47,486 nucleotides of DNA from positions 1-47,486 of the forward strand of contig CANMWZ010000036.1 of assembly GCA_947501605.1 (NCBI GenBank), written 5' to 3'. This stretch comes from Planctomycetota bacterium. GTDB taxonomy: Bacteria; Planctomycetota; UBA1135; UBA2386. A program made the position numbers and the translations under genes. Shown here in pieces: positions 39,475 to 47,486 of the stretch; within the stretch, counting starts at the first letter, position 1; each line of letters starts with the position of its first letter. The notes beneath the pieces were generated by a model that did not search any database, was not told where the DNA came from, and worked only from the letters and a program-made list of their open reading frames with translations.

Positions 39475-40479
39475 ATGCGTTCCCTGGTTACTGGTCTTGT
39501 TGCCCTCAGTTGCACCAGCCTATTTGTAGCAGCCCTCCAGGACCCGCAACCGGAAGCCGGCAAGTCGGTCGCGGGCGACAAGGGGTTTGAGAACCACACC
39601 GTGAAGATCCCGGGCAGTGAGGTGACCTTTGACATGGTCGCGATCCAGGGCGGTAGCTTCCGGATGGGCAGCACAGACACTGAAGAAGGTCGCGGCAAGG
39701 ACGAGGGCCCGCCGCACGACGTCATCGTCGAATCATTTTGGATGGGCAAGTGCGAGGTCCGCTGGGACGAGTACGACCGTTGGTACGAAGCCGACCTACC
39801 GCAAAACAAGAAGCCCGACGGCAACAGCAAGCCGACACCGCCGTACACGGACATGACGTTCAACATGGGGCGCGACGGCTTTCCGGCGATCTGCATGTCG
39901 CACATTGCCGCTCGTCAGTACTGCGCTTGGCTGTCCAAGGTGACGGGGCACTTCTACCGCCTGCCGACGGAGGCGGAGTGGGAGTATGCGTGCCGCGCCG
40001 GCACGACGACTGCCTACTCGTTTGGTGCAGACGACAAGGAACTCGACGCCCACGCCTGGCACGACGGCAATAGTGACAAGACCTATCACAAGGTGGGGTT
40101 GAAGAAGCCCAATCCGTGGGGTCTCCACGATATGCACGGCAACGCCGCGGAGTGGGTGGCGGACCATTACCTAGCCGACGCCTATGCCGAGGCCAATGGC
40201 GCTTCGCCGCGTTCCAATCCGTTCTTGCCGCCGCCGAAGGACAGCAAGGATCGGCCGGTCCGCTTCCCGCACGCGCTGCGCGGCGGCAGCTGGAGGGACT
40301 CTGGTCCGCGGCTTCGCAGCGCCGCACGCCGCGCCTCGGAGCAAGCGTGGAACAAGCAAGACCCGCAGATCCCGAAGAGCTGGTGGTATCTCACGGAAGG
40401 CCAACTGGTGGGATTCCGCGTGGTGCGTCCGCTGCGCGAGCCTTCGGCCGAAGAGCGCGCGCGATTCGAGAAGCTCTGA
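39475..40479 (+). CDS. FGE-sulfatase (SUMF1) domain protein, secreted, lacking the catalytic cysteines
   Basis: FRMGS, RLPTEAEWEYACRAG, PNPWGLHDMHGNAAEW, RGGSW and GFRVV. Confidence 0.92.
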   Translation: MRSLVTGLVALSCTSLFVAALQDPQPEAGKSVAGDKGFENHTVKIPGSEVTFDMVAIQGGSFRMGSTDTEEGRGKDEGPPHDVIVESFWMGKCEVRWDEYDRWYEADLPQNKKPDGNSKPTPPYTDMTFNMGRDGFPAICMSHIAARQYCAWLSKVTGHFYRLPTEAEWEYACRAGTTTAYSFGADDKELDAHAWHDGNSDKTYHKVGLKKPNPWGLHDMHGNAAEWVADHYLADAYAEANGASPRSNPFLPPPKDSKDRPVRFPHALRGGSWRDSGPRLRSAARRASEQAWNKQDPQIPKSWWYLTEGQLVGFRVVRPLREPSAEERARFEKL

Positions 40480-40547
40480 GCCGCAGCCGATCCGCTGCCG
40501 CCCTCTCCCCTCATTCGTTCTCCCGTCCCCCCAGAAGGTCTCCCAAC

Positions 40548-41828
40548 ATGTCGCACTCGTCGCGTCGTTCGTTCTTGCGCACCACGGCCATCGCCTCCCT
40601 CGGCGCCGGTCTGTCCGCCTCGCTGCCGGCTTCGAGCCTCGGCCGGAACTCTCGCCTCGACGAGCTGCGCATCGGGTTGATCGGGTGCGGCGGTCGCGGG
40701 ACGGGCGCCGCGGCGCAGGCGCTGTCGACGGCGGGCCCCGTTCGCTTGGTGGCGATGGCGGACGTGTTCGCCGACCACCTGGACGGCGCGCTGGGTTCAT
40801 TGATGGAGAACAAGGACCTGGCGGCGCGCATCGACGTGCCGAAGGAACGGCGCTTCTCGGGCTTCGACGCCTACCGCGGCGTGCTCCAAGCCGACGTGGA
40901 CGTTGTGGTCATCGCGACCCCGCCACACTTCCGGCCGCAGCACTTCAGCGAAGCCATCGCGGCGGGCAAGCACGTGTTCTTCGAGAAGCCGGTCGCGGTC
41001 GACGCGCCGGGCGTTCGCAAAGTCATTGCCGCGGCCGAGGTCGCGCAACAGAAACAGCTGTCAGTGGTCTCAGGGCTGCAGCGGCACCATCAGTACGGCT
41101 ACCTGGAGTCGATGAAGCGCATCCACGGCGGCGAACTGGGCAAGATCCAGTACGCACGCTGCGCCTGGAACATGGGGGCGCTGTGGCACCGTGGGCGCGA
41201 CGAGAAGTGGAGCGACATGGAGTGGCAGATGCGCAACTGGCTCTACTTCACGTGGCTGTCGGGCGACCACATCGTCGAACAACACGTGCACAACATCGAC
41301 GTGATCAACTGGGCGCTGCAGGGACACCCGCTGCGCGCGCGCGGCATGGGCGGGCGTCAGGTCCGCACCGAGGCCAAGTGGGGCAACATCTTCGACCACC
41401 ACGCAGTGACGTTCGACTATGCGGGTGGGGTGCAGTGCTTCTCGGAGTGCCGGCAGATCCCGGGCTGCGACAATGACGTCAGCGAGCACGTCTTCGGCGC
41501 TGACGGGGCCTGTCACATGGACTCGGGCAATTGGCGCATCGAGGGGAAGCAGGCGTGGAAGTACGAGGGCGAACAGAACGACCCGTACCAGACGGAGCAT
41601 GACGATCTGTTCGCGAGCATCCGCGCGGGCAAGCCGCTCAACGAAGGGCGCATGGTGGCGGAGAGCACGATGTCGGCGATCCTCGGCCGCATGGCGACCT
41701 ACACGGGCAAGACGGTGGAGTGGGAAGCGGCGCTCGCGAGCAATGAGACGTGGGGGCCGGAGAAGTGCGAGTTCGGGCCGCTGGCGGTGGATGACGTGCC
41801 GGTTCCTGGGCGGTCGAAGCGGGGCTGA
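40548..41828 (+). CDS. Tat-exported Gfo/Idh/MocA family oxidoreductase
   Basis: SRRSFL Tat motif, GLIGCGGRG, ATPPHFR, EKPV and EQHVHNID. Confidence 0.94.
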   Translation: MSHSSRRSFLRTTAIASLGAGLSASLPASSLGRNSRLDELRIGLIGCGGRGTGAAAQALSTAGPVRLVAMADVFADHLDGALGSLMENKDLAARIDVPKERRFSGFDAYRGVLQADVDVVVIATPPHFRPQHFSEAIAAGKHVFFEKPVAVDAPGVRKVIAAAEVAQQKQLSVVSGLQRHHQYGYLESMKRIHGGELGKIQYARCAWNMGALWHRGRDEKWSDMEWQMRNWLYFTWLSGDHIVEQHVHNIDVINWALQGHPLRARGMGGRQVRTEAKWGNIFDHHAVTFDYAGGVQCFSECRQIPGCDNDVSEHVFGADGACHMDSGNWRIEGKQAWKYEGEQNDPYQTEHDDLFASIRAGKPLNEGRMVAESTMSAILGRMATYTGKTVEWEAALASNETWGPEKCEFGPLAVDDVPVPGRSKRG

Positions 41829-41838
41829 GGCCCTTCGC

Positions 41839-42486
41839 TCAGGGCGCGAGCCGCTCGACGCTCCACGCCGCACCCTGCCGCCTGCACCGCAACCGATCGT
41901 GCAGCCGTGCATCGCGCCCCTGCCAGAACTCGATCGAATCGGGCGTCAGCACATACCCACCCCAGTGCGCCGGCCGCAGCACTGCTCCGCTCCCGACCTT
42001 CGCCTCCAGCTCGCGCACCAGCCCTTCCAGCTCCTCCCGATCCTTCACCACCCGACTCTGTGGCGAAGCCGCGCTCGCCAACTGCGCCTGTCGCGGCCGC
42101 GACGCGAAGTACGCGTCCGACTCCGCCTCACCGACTCGCTCCACCGTCCCCTCGATCCGAACCTGACGGTTCCTCGGCGCACCCCACCAGAACGTCGCCG
42201 CCGCGCGCGGATCGCCCGCCAGCTGCGTGCCCTTCTCGCTGCCGTAGTTGGTGAAGAACGACAGCCCGCGCGCGTCGATCTGCTTGCACAAGACGATGCG
42301 GCAGTGCGGGGCGCCGTCTGCGTCGGTCGTCGCCAACGCCATCCCGTTCGGCTCGGCGATGCCCGCAGCGCGCGCTTCTTCGAGCCACGTGCGAAGTTGA
42401 TCCAGCGGGTCCGCAGCGAGGTCGTGCGGCGACAGCGGGGCGTCGCCGTATTCACGGCGCATGCGTTCGAACGAGGCGGGGTCCAT
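41839..42486 (-). CDS. pdxH: Pyridoxine/pyridoxamine 5'-phosphate oxidase
   Basis: RREY, EPNGMALAT, FFTNYGSEKG, RQVRIEG, YFASRPR and EFWQGRDARLHDR. Confidence 0.96.
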   Translation of the reverse strand: MDPASFERMRREYGDAPLSPHDLAADPLDQLRTWLEEARAAGIAEPNGMALATTDADGAPHCRIVLCKQIDARGLSFFTNYGSEKGTQLAGDPRAAATFWWGAPRNRQVRIEGTVERVGEAESDAYFASRPRQAQLASAASPQSRVVKDREELEGLVRELEAKVGSGAVLRPAHWGGYVLTPDSIEFWQGRDARLHDRLRCRRQGAAWSVERLAP

Positions 42487-42520
42487 GCCGCGATCTTGCG
42501 CGGTGGACCTCGTCGCGTCA

Positions 42521-42859
42521 CTACGCCGGCGTTCGATGGTGGAACGGACTCGGCGGCAACCGGTCGAGTTCGAGCCGGATGCCCGCCAGCGCCAGTTGCA
42601 CGTGCGCCGACTCGGTCGTCAGTTCTTCGCACTCCGCCGCCAGCTCGGCGATCCGGAGCTCGAGGTCCGGCCGCGCTTCGCCGACCACCTTGTGGAAGGC
42701 CAGGTCGCGCACCAAGGTCTCCAGTTCCGCCTCGAGATCGAGCAGTAGCGTCGCGATCGCCCGGGCTTCGGCAAGCCAGCGTTGTTGCAGTTCGAGGAGC
42801 CGTGCCGGTGAGCCGGCGGCCTGTTCTCGCAGGTGCGAAGGATCAAGCGCTCGCAGCAT
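42521..42859 (-). CDS. Small hypothetical coiled-coil protein
   Basis: GGAGG RBS before MLRALDP and Leu/Glu/Ala heptads. Confidence 0.65.
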   Translation of the reverse strand: MLRALDPSHLREQAAGSPARLLELQQRWLAEARAIATLLLDLEAELETLVRDLAFHKVVGEARPDLELRIAELAAECEELTTESAHVQLALAGIRLELDRLPPSPFHHRTPA

Positions 42860-43085
42860 GGGTGCCTCCATAGTTGAGCATTTCGCCAAGAACGCGGTCG
42901 ATCGCCGCGAGGGCTCGGCGGGTGTCGCCGAGTTGCCGCATCAGCAAGGCAGTGGGCTCGGCGGAGAGGTCATCGAACTGAAGTTCGACGGCACGCAATT
43001 CCGCGCGGGTTCGATTCCGCTCGCGCTGCAGCTGCGCGGTCACATCACAGGCGGCGCACGCCGCCACATCGGTGTCGTGGTCCAT
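42843..43085 (-). CDS. Small hypothetical protein, CxxC followed by a helical hairpin
   Basis: MDHDTDVAACAAC... Overlaps the next gene by 17 bp and carries its RBS. Confidence 0.5.
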   Translation of the reverse strand: MDHDTDVAACAACDVTAQLQRERNRTRAELRAVELQFDDLSAEPTALLMRQLGDTRRALAAIDRVLGEMLNYGGTHAASA

Positions 43086-43173
43086 GCCGACACTGTCGGC
43101 TATGGTCGTGAAGTGCGCGGCAGATCTGCGAGAAGCGGTCGAGAAGGTGCGTTCGACCCAGGGCCGCTGCGGT

Positions 43174-44289
43174 TCAGTCGACCCATTGAGCGAGGAAGAG
43201 GTTCGTCTCGCCTTCCTTGCTGCTGTAGCGATTGCTCGCGAAGACCAGGTAGTTGCCGTTTGGCGAGAACACCGGGAAGCCGTCGAACTCCGGGCAGTTG
43301 GTGATGCGCTCTTCGCCCGTGCCGTCTTCGTTGACGACAAACAGGTCGAAGTTGCGCGCCGCGCGGTGGTCGCCGGTCTCTTGCGCGACCTTCATGCCGA
43401 CGGCGTTGCTGCTGTAGATGATGCGCTTGTCGTCAGGCAGGTAGTACGGGGCGAAGTTGGCGCAGCCGTTGTTGGTGATCTGCTTGAAGCCGGTGCCGTC
43501 GCGGTTGCAGACGGTGATCTCCATGTGCGACGGCCGCACGAGCGCTTGGCCCAAGAACTCGACGTCTTCCTTGGCCTCCTCGGGCGTGCGCGGAAACGCC
43601 GAGCGGAACACCAGCTTGCGACCGTCGTGAGAAAAGAACGCCCCGCCGTCGTAGCCCGGGCGATTGGTGATGCGCCTGCAGTTGCTGCCGTCGGCTTCCA
43701 TCGTGTAGAGCTCGAGGTCGCCGTCACGCACCGAGGTGAACACCAAGGTGCCGGTAACGGGGCAAACGGTAGCTTCAGCGTCGTAGCCGGCTTCGTTGGT
43801 CAACTGCTTCTTGTCGCTGCCGTCGGCATTGGCCACAAACAAGTCGTACTCGCGGTGGATGTTCCAGACGTAGCTACGGCCGGTGCGCTTGGCGACAGGC
43901 GGCGGCTCGGTGCTGTGGTGGTGCGTGGAGGCGTAGACGACCTTGCGATCACCCTGAAGGAAGTAGCTGCACGTCGTGCGACCGCCGGTGCTGATCTGCT
44001 GCAGCGCACCCGAGGCGAGGTCGAGCACGAAGATCTGGTCCGCCGGCATCTCCGTGCTGCGCCGTTGCAGGATCAGCCGGCGGCCGTCGTTGGCCCAGTA
44101 GGCTTCGGCGTTCTCGCCGTCGAAGGTCAGTTGGCGCACATTGCGAAGGTGCGGTTCGCCGTCGAGGTTGGCCACGGGCTTGCCAGCGCTCACGACCAGC
44201 TCAGTCCCAGGAATGGTTGGGTCGAGCGTCGGTGCTGTGGAGGAACAGGCAGCGACCAAGAGCAGGAGACTCGGGGCGAGAGCGCGCAT
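43174..44289 (-). CDS. TolB-like PD40 beta-propeller lipoprotein
   Basis: Lipobox VAAC. GENAEAYW, GYDAEAT, GYDGGAFFS, NFAPY and FDGFPVFSPNG repeats. Confidence 0.9.
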   Translation of the reverse strand: MRALAPSLLLLVAACSSTAPTLDPTIPGTELVVSAGKPVANLDGEPHLRNVRQLTFDGENAEAYWANDGRRLILQRRSTEMPADQIFVLDLASGALQQISTGGRTTCSYFLQGDRKVVYASTHHHSTEPPPVAKRTGRSYVWNIHREYDLFVANADGSDKKQLTNEAGYDAEATVCPVTGTLVFTSVRDGDLELYTMEADGSNCRRITNRPGYDGGAFFSHDGRKLVFRSAFPRTPEEAKEDVEFLGQALVRPSHMEITVCNRDGTGFKQITNNGCANFAPYYLPDDKRIIYSSNAVGMKVAQETGDHRAARNFDLFVVNEDGTGEERITNCPEFDGFPVFSPNGNYLVFASNRYSSKEGETNLFLAQWVD

Positions 44290-44368
44290 GCCGCCATGGA
44301 AGCGTCCCGGCCGCATGCGGACAACGGTCCGCTAGGCCGAGTCCGTCATGCCTCTGTCATGCCGCCCT

Positions 44369-44842
44369 TCACGACGTGGAGCCACCAACGCGGCCAATGG
44401 TGCCCGAGCCGGAGACGCTGAGGCCCAAGAGCTTTCGTTCCGCGTCGGTGAGATCCGGATTGCGGGCAGTGAAGTCCTTGGCGTGCTCGCCGACCAGGCT
44501 ACGGATGCGCTGGAGAAAGCGGGGTTGGTCGAGCGGGTGGGGCGATTCCGCATGGTGCTGGCCCGAATGGTCGGGACCAGATTGGTAGGTAGCCGTGGGG
44601 AGAGTCGCGGCGCCGGTGCGATCGCTCGGCTCGGGCAGCAGCTTCTGGTCGTCGAGCCAGAAGTCCGCCCTTAGTCCAAAGTAGGCAACGAGGTTCCGCA
44701 GATGCGGCAACGTGATCGCCGATCGGCCCTTGCAGATGTCTGTCGCCGTCTGTGGCGACACCGACAGGGCGCGTGCCAAGTCGCGCTTTTTCAGTTTGCG
44801 GTGCTCGAGCTGGGCAACGATCTTCTCGTGGATAGCGACCAT
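44369..44842 (-). CDS. XRE/Cro-C1 family helix-turn-helix regulator
   Basis: KKRDLARALSVSPQTATDICKGRSAIT...LVAYFGLRADFWL. Confidence 0.82.
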   Translation of the reverse strand: MVAIHEKIVAQLEHRKLKKRDLARALSVSPQTATDICKGRSAITLPHLRNLVAYFGLRADFWLDDQKLLPEPSDRTGAATLPTATYQSGPDHSGQHHAESPHPLDQPRFLQRIRSLVGEHAKDFTARNPDLTDAERKLLGLSVSGSGTIGRVGGSTS

Positions 44843-44903
44843 GGCGGCGTAGGATAGGCCGCTTCTTGAACGACACACGGCCGAACTTCAGAGGTCTCCG
44901 GTC

Positions 44904-45719
44904 TTGATTAGGGCGCATCTGCACTCCGCATTGGTGAGTATGTGTTTCTGCACGGTGCTCGGCTCGTGCAGCAGCAGCGCGTCGCAGGTGCCCAGTGAAT
45001 GGCCGCCTCCAGACTTTCGCCTGGTGGTTGAAGAGACCGCGAGTGGAAGCGGCCATGGGCAGACCCTGTCGACCAAGCGCTTTGTCGTCGAGGCCGACGG
45101 AACCTGCTTTCTCGGCAAGTCCACGACGCCCTTGGTCGACGCCACGAGCACGACCGTATTGCCGGTGTTCGACACGATGTGCGCCTACCGTCTGCGACCA
45201 GAGTGCACGCGTCTGCTCGCGCGCAAGCTGGAGCAACGCGGCGTTCGCGCCCTCGATCCACTGCAGGGCACGGGCAGCGAAGTGGCTGGCAGGTCAATCC
45301 GCATAGTGCACCATGCGTTTGGCCACGAGACGCGCATTCAGGCCAGCGGCCAGATCCATGGCGGATTCGTGCGGGTGCTGCACATCGTCAACGCCTACCT
45401 GCCGTCGAGCGAGTCGTTCTCGCTGCCAGGGATGACCGGCGATGCCGAGCCCGAGAACCTTGCGGGTGTGCCAGCTCCGATCATTGGTGCAGTTGGGGCG
45501 CTGGCCTGGCACGAAGAACTCCTGCGCCAGCAGGGCGAGCAGCCGGAGCTGTTGCTGGACACCTTCGCCCTCGCATGCCGCGTCGGCGACCGCGCTCGCA
45601 GTGAGGCTCTGTTGGCGCGTTGGGCCGCGGCGTCTGAGTTGCCGGCGACCCCGGACGCACCATTTTACGAGGCGCCGCGCCTGCTGCCCGAAGTGCTACG
45701 CCGGCTGCTGCCGCAGTAG
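44904..45719 (+). CDS. Hypothetical lipoprotein (start 44904 TTG or 44940 ATG)
   Basis: Lipobox LGSC, divergent from the XRE gene, host-like codons. Confidence 0.7.
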   Translation: MIRAHLHSALVSMCFCTVLGSCSSSASQVPSEWPPPDFRLVVEETASGSGHGQTLSTKRFVVEADGTCFLGKSTTPLVDATSTTVLPVFDTMCAYRLRPECTRLLARKLEQRGVRALDPLQGTGSEVAGRSIRIVHHAFGHETRIQASGQIHGGFVRVLHIVNAYLPSSESFSLPGMTGDAEPENLAGVPAPIIGAVGALAWHEELLRQQGEQPELLLDTFALACRVGDRARSEALLARWAAASELPATPDAPFYEAPRLLPEVLRRLLPQ

Positions 45720-45722
45720 CGA

Positions 45723-46424
45723 TCAGCGAGCGCAGCTGAGTTCGGCGAGGGCGAGACCTACCGGCGTCGAATCGGGACGCTGATCCAAGAAACTCCGACA
45801 CAGCGCCACGGCGCGTTGCCGTTCGCCAAGACCGGCGAGCAGGCGGGCGACGTCCGCGACGATGCCAGGTTGGTCGGGTGCGAGTTGCAGCGCGCGCGCC
45901 GCCGCGGCAAAGGCCCCGAGTTGATCCTCGCGCGCGAGGTGCTGCTGTGCTTGCTGCAGGTTGGTTTCGACCGAATCGTCGGCGCCCGGAGCAAGTGTCA
46001 GCAGCGACCACAGTGCTCGTGCATCGTCGGGCGCGATGACGTGCACGGGCGCGAGCAGGCGGTGGCGCAGTCGAGCCATTGCCTCGCGATCGTCGACGAC
46101 AATGCGTCCGCAGTACCGGCGGAGGGGCGAGAGCTCGTCGTCCTGGTGCGCGCGCTGTGCATCCTCGTCGAACAGGAGCGCGAGCGTCTTGTCGCGACAC
46201 TGGCTCGCGAGCTCGCGCAGGTGTGGAACTGCGGCAAACGTGCGGCGCCCGAGGCTGACGAAGCGGTCGGCTTCGCGAAGGTCGCGACCGATGAGGCGAT
46301 CGACGGCTACGAGGCGCACGGTTGCGACGTTCGCCAGCGCGTTCGCGGCCGACTGAGCGCACTGCAGCGCAGCGCTTGCCGCAGGATCGATGGCGAAGGT
46401 CACGCGGGCTCGCAGGGAACTCAT
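45723..46424 (-). CDS. Hypothetical protein with C-terminal TPR-like repeats
   Basis: AARALQLAPDQP and FLDQRPDS TPR-like turns. Start placed at MSSLRA to avoid overlap with the divergent gene. Confidence 0.6.
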   Translation of the reverse strand: MSSLRARVTFAIDPAASAALQCAQSAANALANVATVRLVAVDRLIGRDLREADRFVSLGRRTFAAVPHLRELASQCRDKTLALLFDEDAQRAHQDDELSPLRRYCGRIVVDDREAMARLRHRLLAPVHVIAPDDARALWSLLTLAPGADDSVETNLQQAQQHLAREDQLGAFAAAARALQLAPDQPGIVADVARLLAGLGERQRAVALCRSFLDQRPDSTPVGLALAELSCAR

Positions 46425-46500
46425 GCGTCCCTTGCATCGGAACTCCCCGTCCCATGGCTTGAGCCGCGCTGCACTCGCGGCCGATAGCAGGCGGGAAGTC

Positions 46501-47313
46501 ATGCGAACCTACGCGCTGCTGCAGATCCCCCGTGCCCGCTCCGAGCTTCGCTGTGCCGTTGCGGCGCGGCGACGACCGATGGATCTCGACGACGGTGCCA
46601 ACGCCATCGCGCGGGTGTTGGAAACCTTGGACGTGGTCATCGATCCACGCGACCAGGCCGTCGCCCATCCCATGAAGACGGTCGGCTTCTGGGAGTGGTG
46701 GATCACGCGAGCCATGACGGACTGCATGCGGCCTGGCACGGTGTGCGTCGACGTCGGCGCCAACGCCGGCTACTTCGCGGTGTTGTTCGTTGCGCTCGGT
46801 GCAGGCGAGGTGATCGCGATCGAGCCCCATCCCGGGTTGGCTGCACGACTGCGACAGACCGCGCAACGCAATCACTGGGCGCAACTGCGCGTGATCGAGA
46901 GCGCGGTTGGGGATGTCCCCGGGCGCGCCAACCTGTTTGTGCAGGGCGACGACAATCTCGGTGGCGCGACACTGATCGAAGTGGCCAACGATCGCACGAT
47001 CGACGTGCCCGTGGAGACGCTCGACACTCTGCTCGGGGAACTACGCGGCGTGCAGGTGCTCAAGCTCGACTGTGAGGGGTTTGAGCCGCGCATCTGGCTC
47101 GGCATGCAAGGTCTGCTCGCGCGCAATCCGGACATGCACGTGTTCGCGGAGTTGCTGGTCAACCACGAGGCGGCGCCGTGGCTGCAGCAACTCGTAGCAC
47201 AGGGTTGGCAACTCCGATTCGTCGACTACGACGCCGAGATCCGACCGCTGCGCATCGATCAGATCGGCGACCGAACGTTGTGGATGCTCTACCTCCATCG
47301 GGACGAGTCATGA
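46501..47313 (+). CDS. FkbM family SAM-dependent methyltransferase
   Basis: VDVGANAGYF, IAIEP and LKLDCEGFE. Confidence 0.92.
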   Translation: MRTYALLQIPRARSELRCAVAARRRPMDLDDGANAIARVLETLDVVIDPRDQAVAHPMKTVGFWEWWITRAMTDCMRPGTVCVDVGANAGYFAVLFVALGAGEVIAIEPHPGLAARLRQTAQRNHWAQLRVIESAVGDVPGRANLFVQGDDNLGGATLIEVANDRTIDVPVETLDTLLGELRGVQVLKLDCEGFEPRIWLGMQGLLARNPDMHVFAELLVNHEAAPWLQQLVAQGWQLRFVDYDAEIRPLRIDQIGDRTLWMLYLHRDES

Positions 47314-47486
47314 ACGTGCGCAGCCAGAAGGCGGTGCAGGCAACGAAGTGGAACTTCGCAATCCTGACCTACGGCAACCTCGCCGAGACCAAGCGGTGCT
47401 TGCGCACGCTGGCCGAGACGATGAACGAGCCGTTCTCGGTCTTCGTCGTCGACAACGCCTCGACAGATGGCACGCAGCAGTGGTTG
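47310..47486 (+). CDS. GT2 glycosyltransferase, 5' part (runs off the window)
   Basis: ATGA overlap with the FkbM stop. AILTYGN...CL...VFVVDNASTDGTQQWL. Confidence 0.88.
   Translation, partial: MNVRSQKAVQATKWNFAILTYGNLAETKRCLRTLAETMNEPFSVFVVDNASTDGTQQWL

Overview
A 47.5 kb GC-rich bacterial window, about 65-70% GC by eye. The gene repertoire (membrane Ser/Thr kinase, Tat-exported Gfo/Idh/MocA and TIM-barrel proteins, FGE-fold protein, TPR-peroxiredoxin fusion) suggests Planctomycetota; this is inference. Most of the window is housekeeping and envelope genes: priA, a B12 radical SAM enzyme, GNAT, metF, pepP, several glycosyltransferases, an ABC-F ATPase, prolyl oligopeptidase, anthraniloyl/salicylyl-CoA monooxygenase-reductase, pdxH, a TolB-like protein and an FkbM methyltransferase. 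The most unusual part is the first 2.8 kb. It holds the end of a tandem array of unannotatable ~115-120 aa paralogs sharing LVRYR and QPxW motifs, joined by TGAGGA stop/RBS junctions. A lower-GC two-gene cassette follows, with a Cys-rich protein carrying a permuted-papain-like H...NSNTF motif plus a putative lipoprotein, resembling a toxin-immunity pair. An IS1-like element (about 9952-11135) has imperfect 21-bp terminal inverted repeats and an apparent D-D-N triad. I saw no rRNA, tRNA or CRISPR array. All calls come from motif recognition by eye; no database searches were run.
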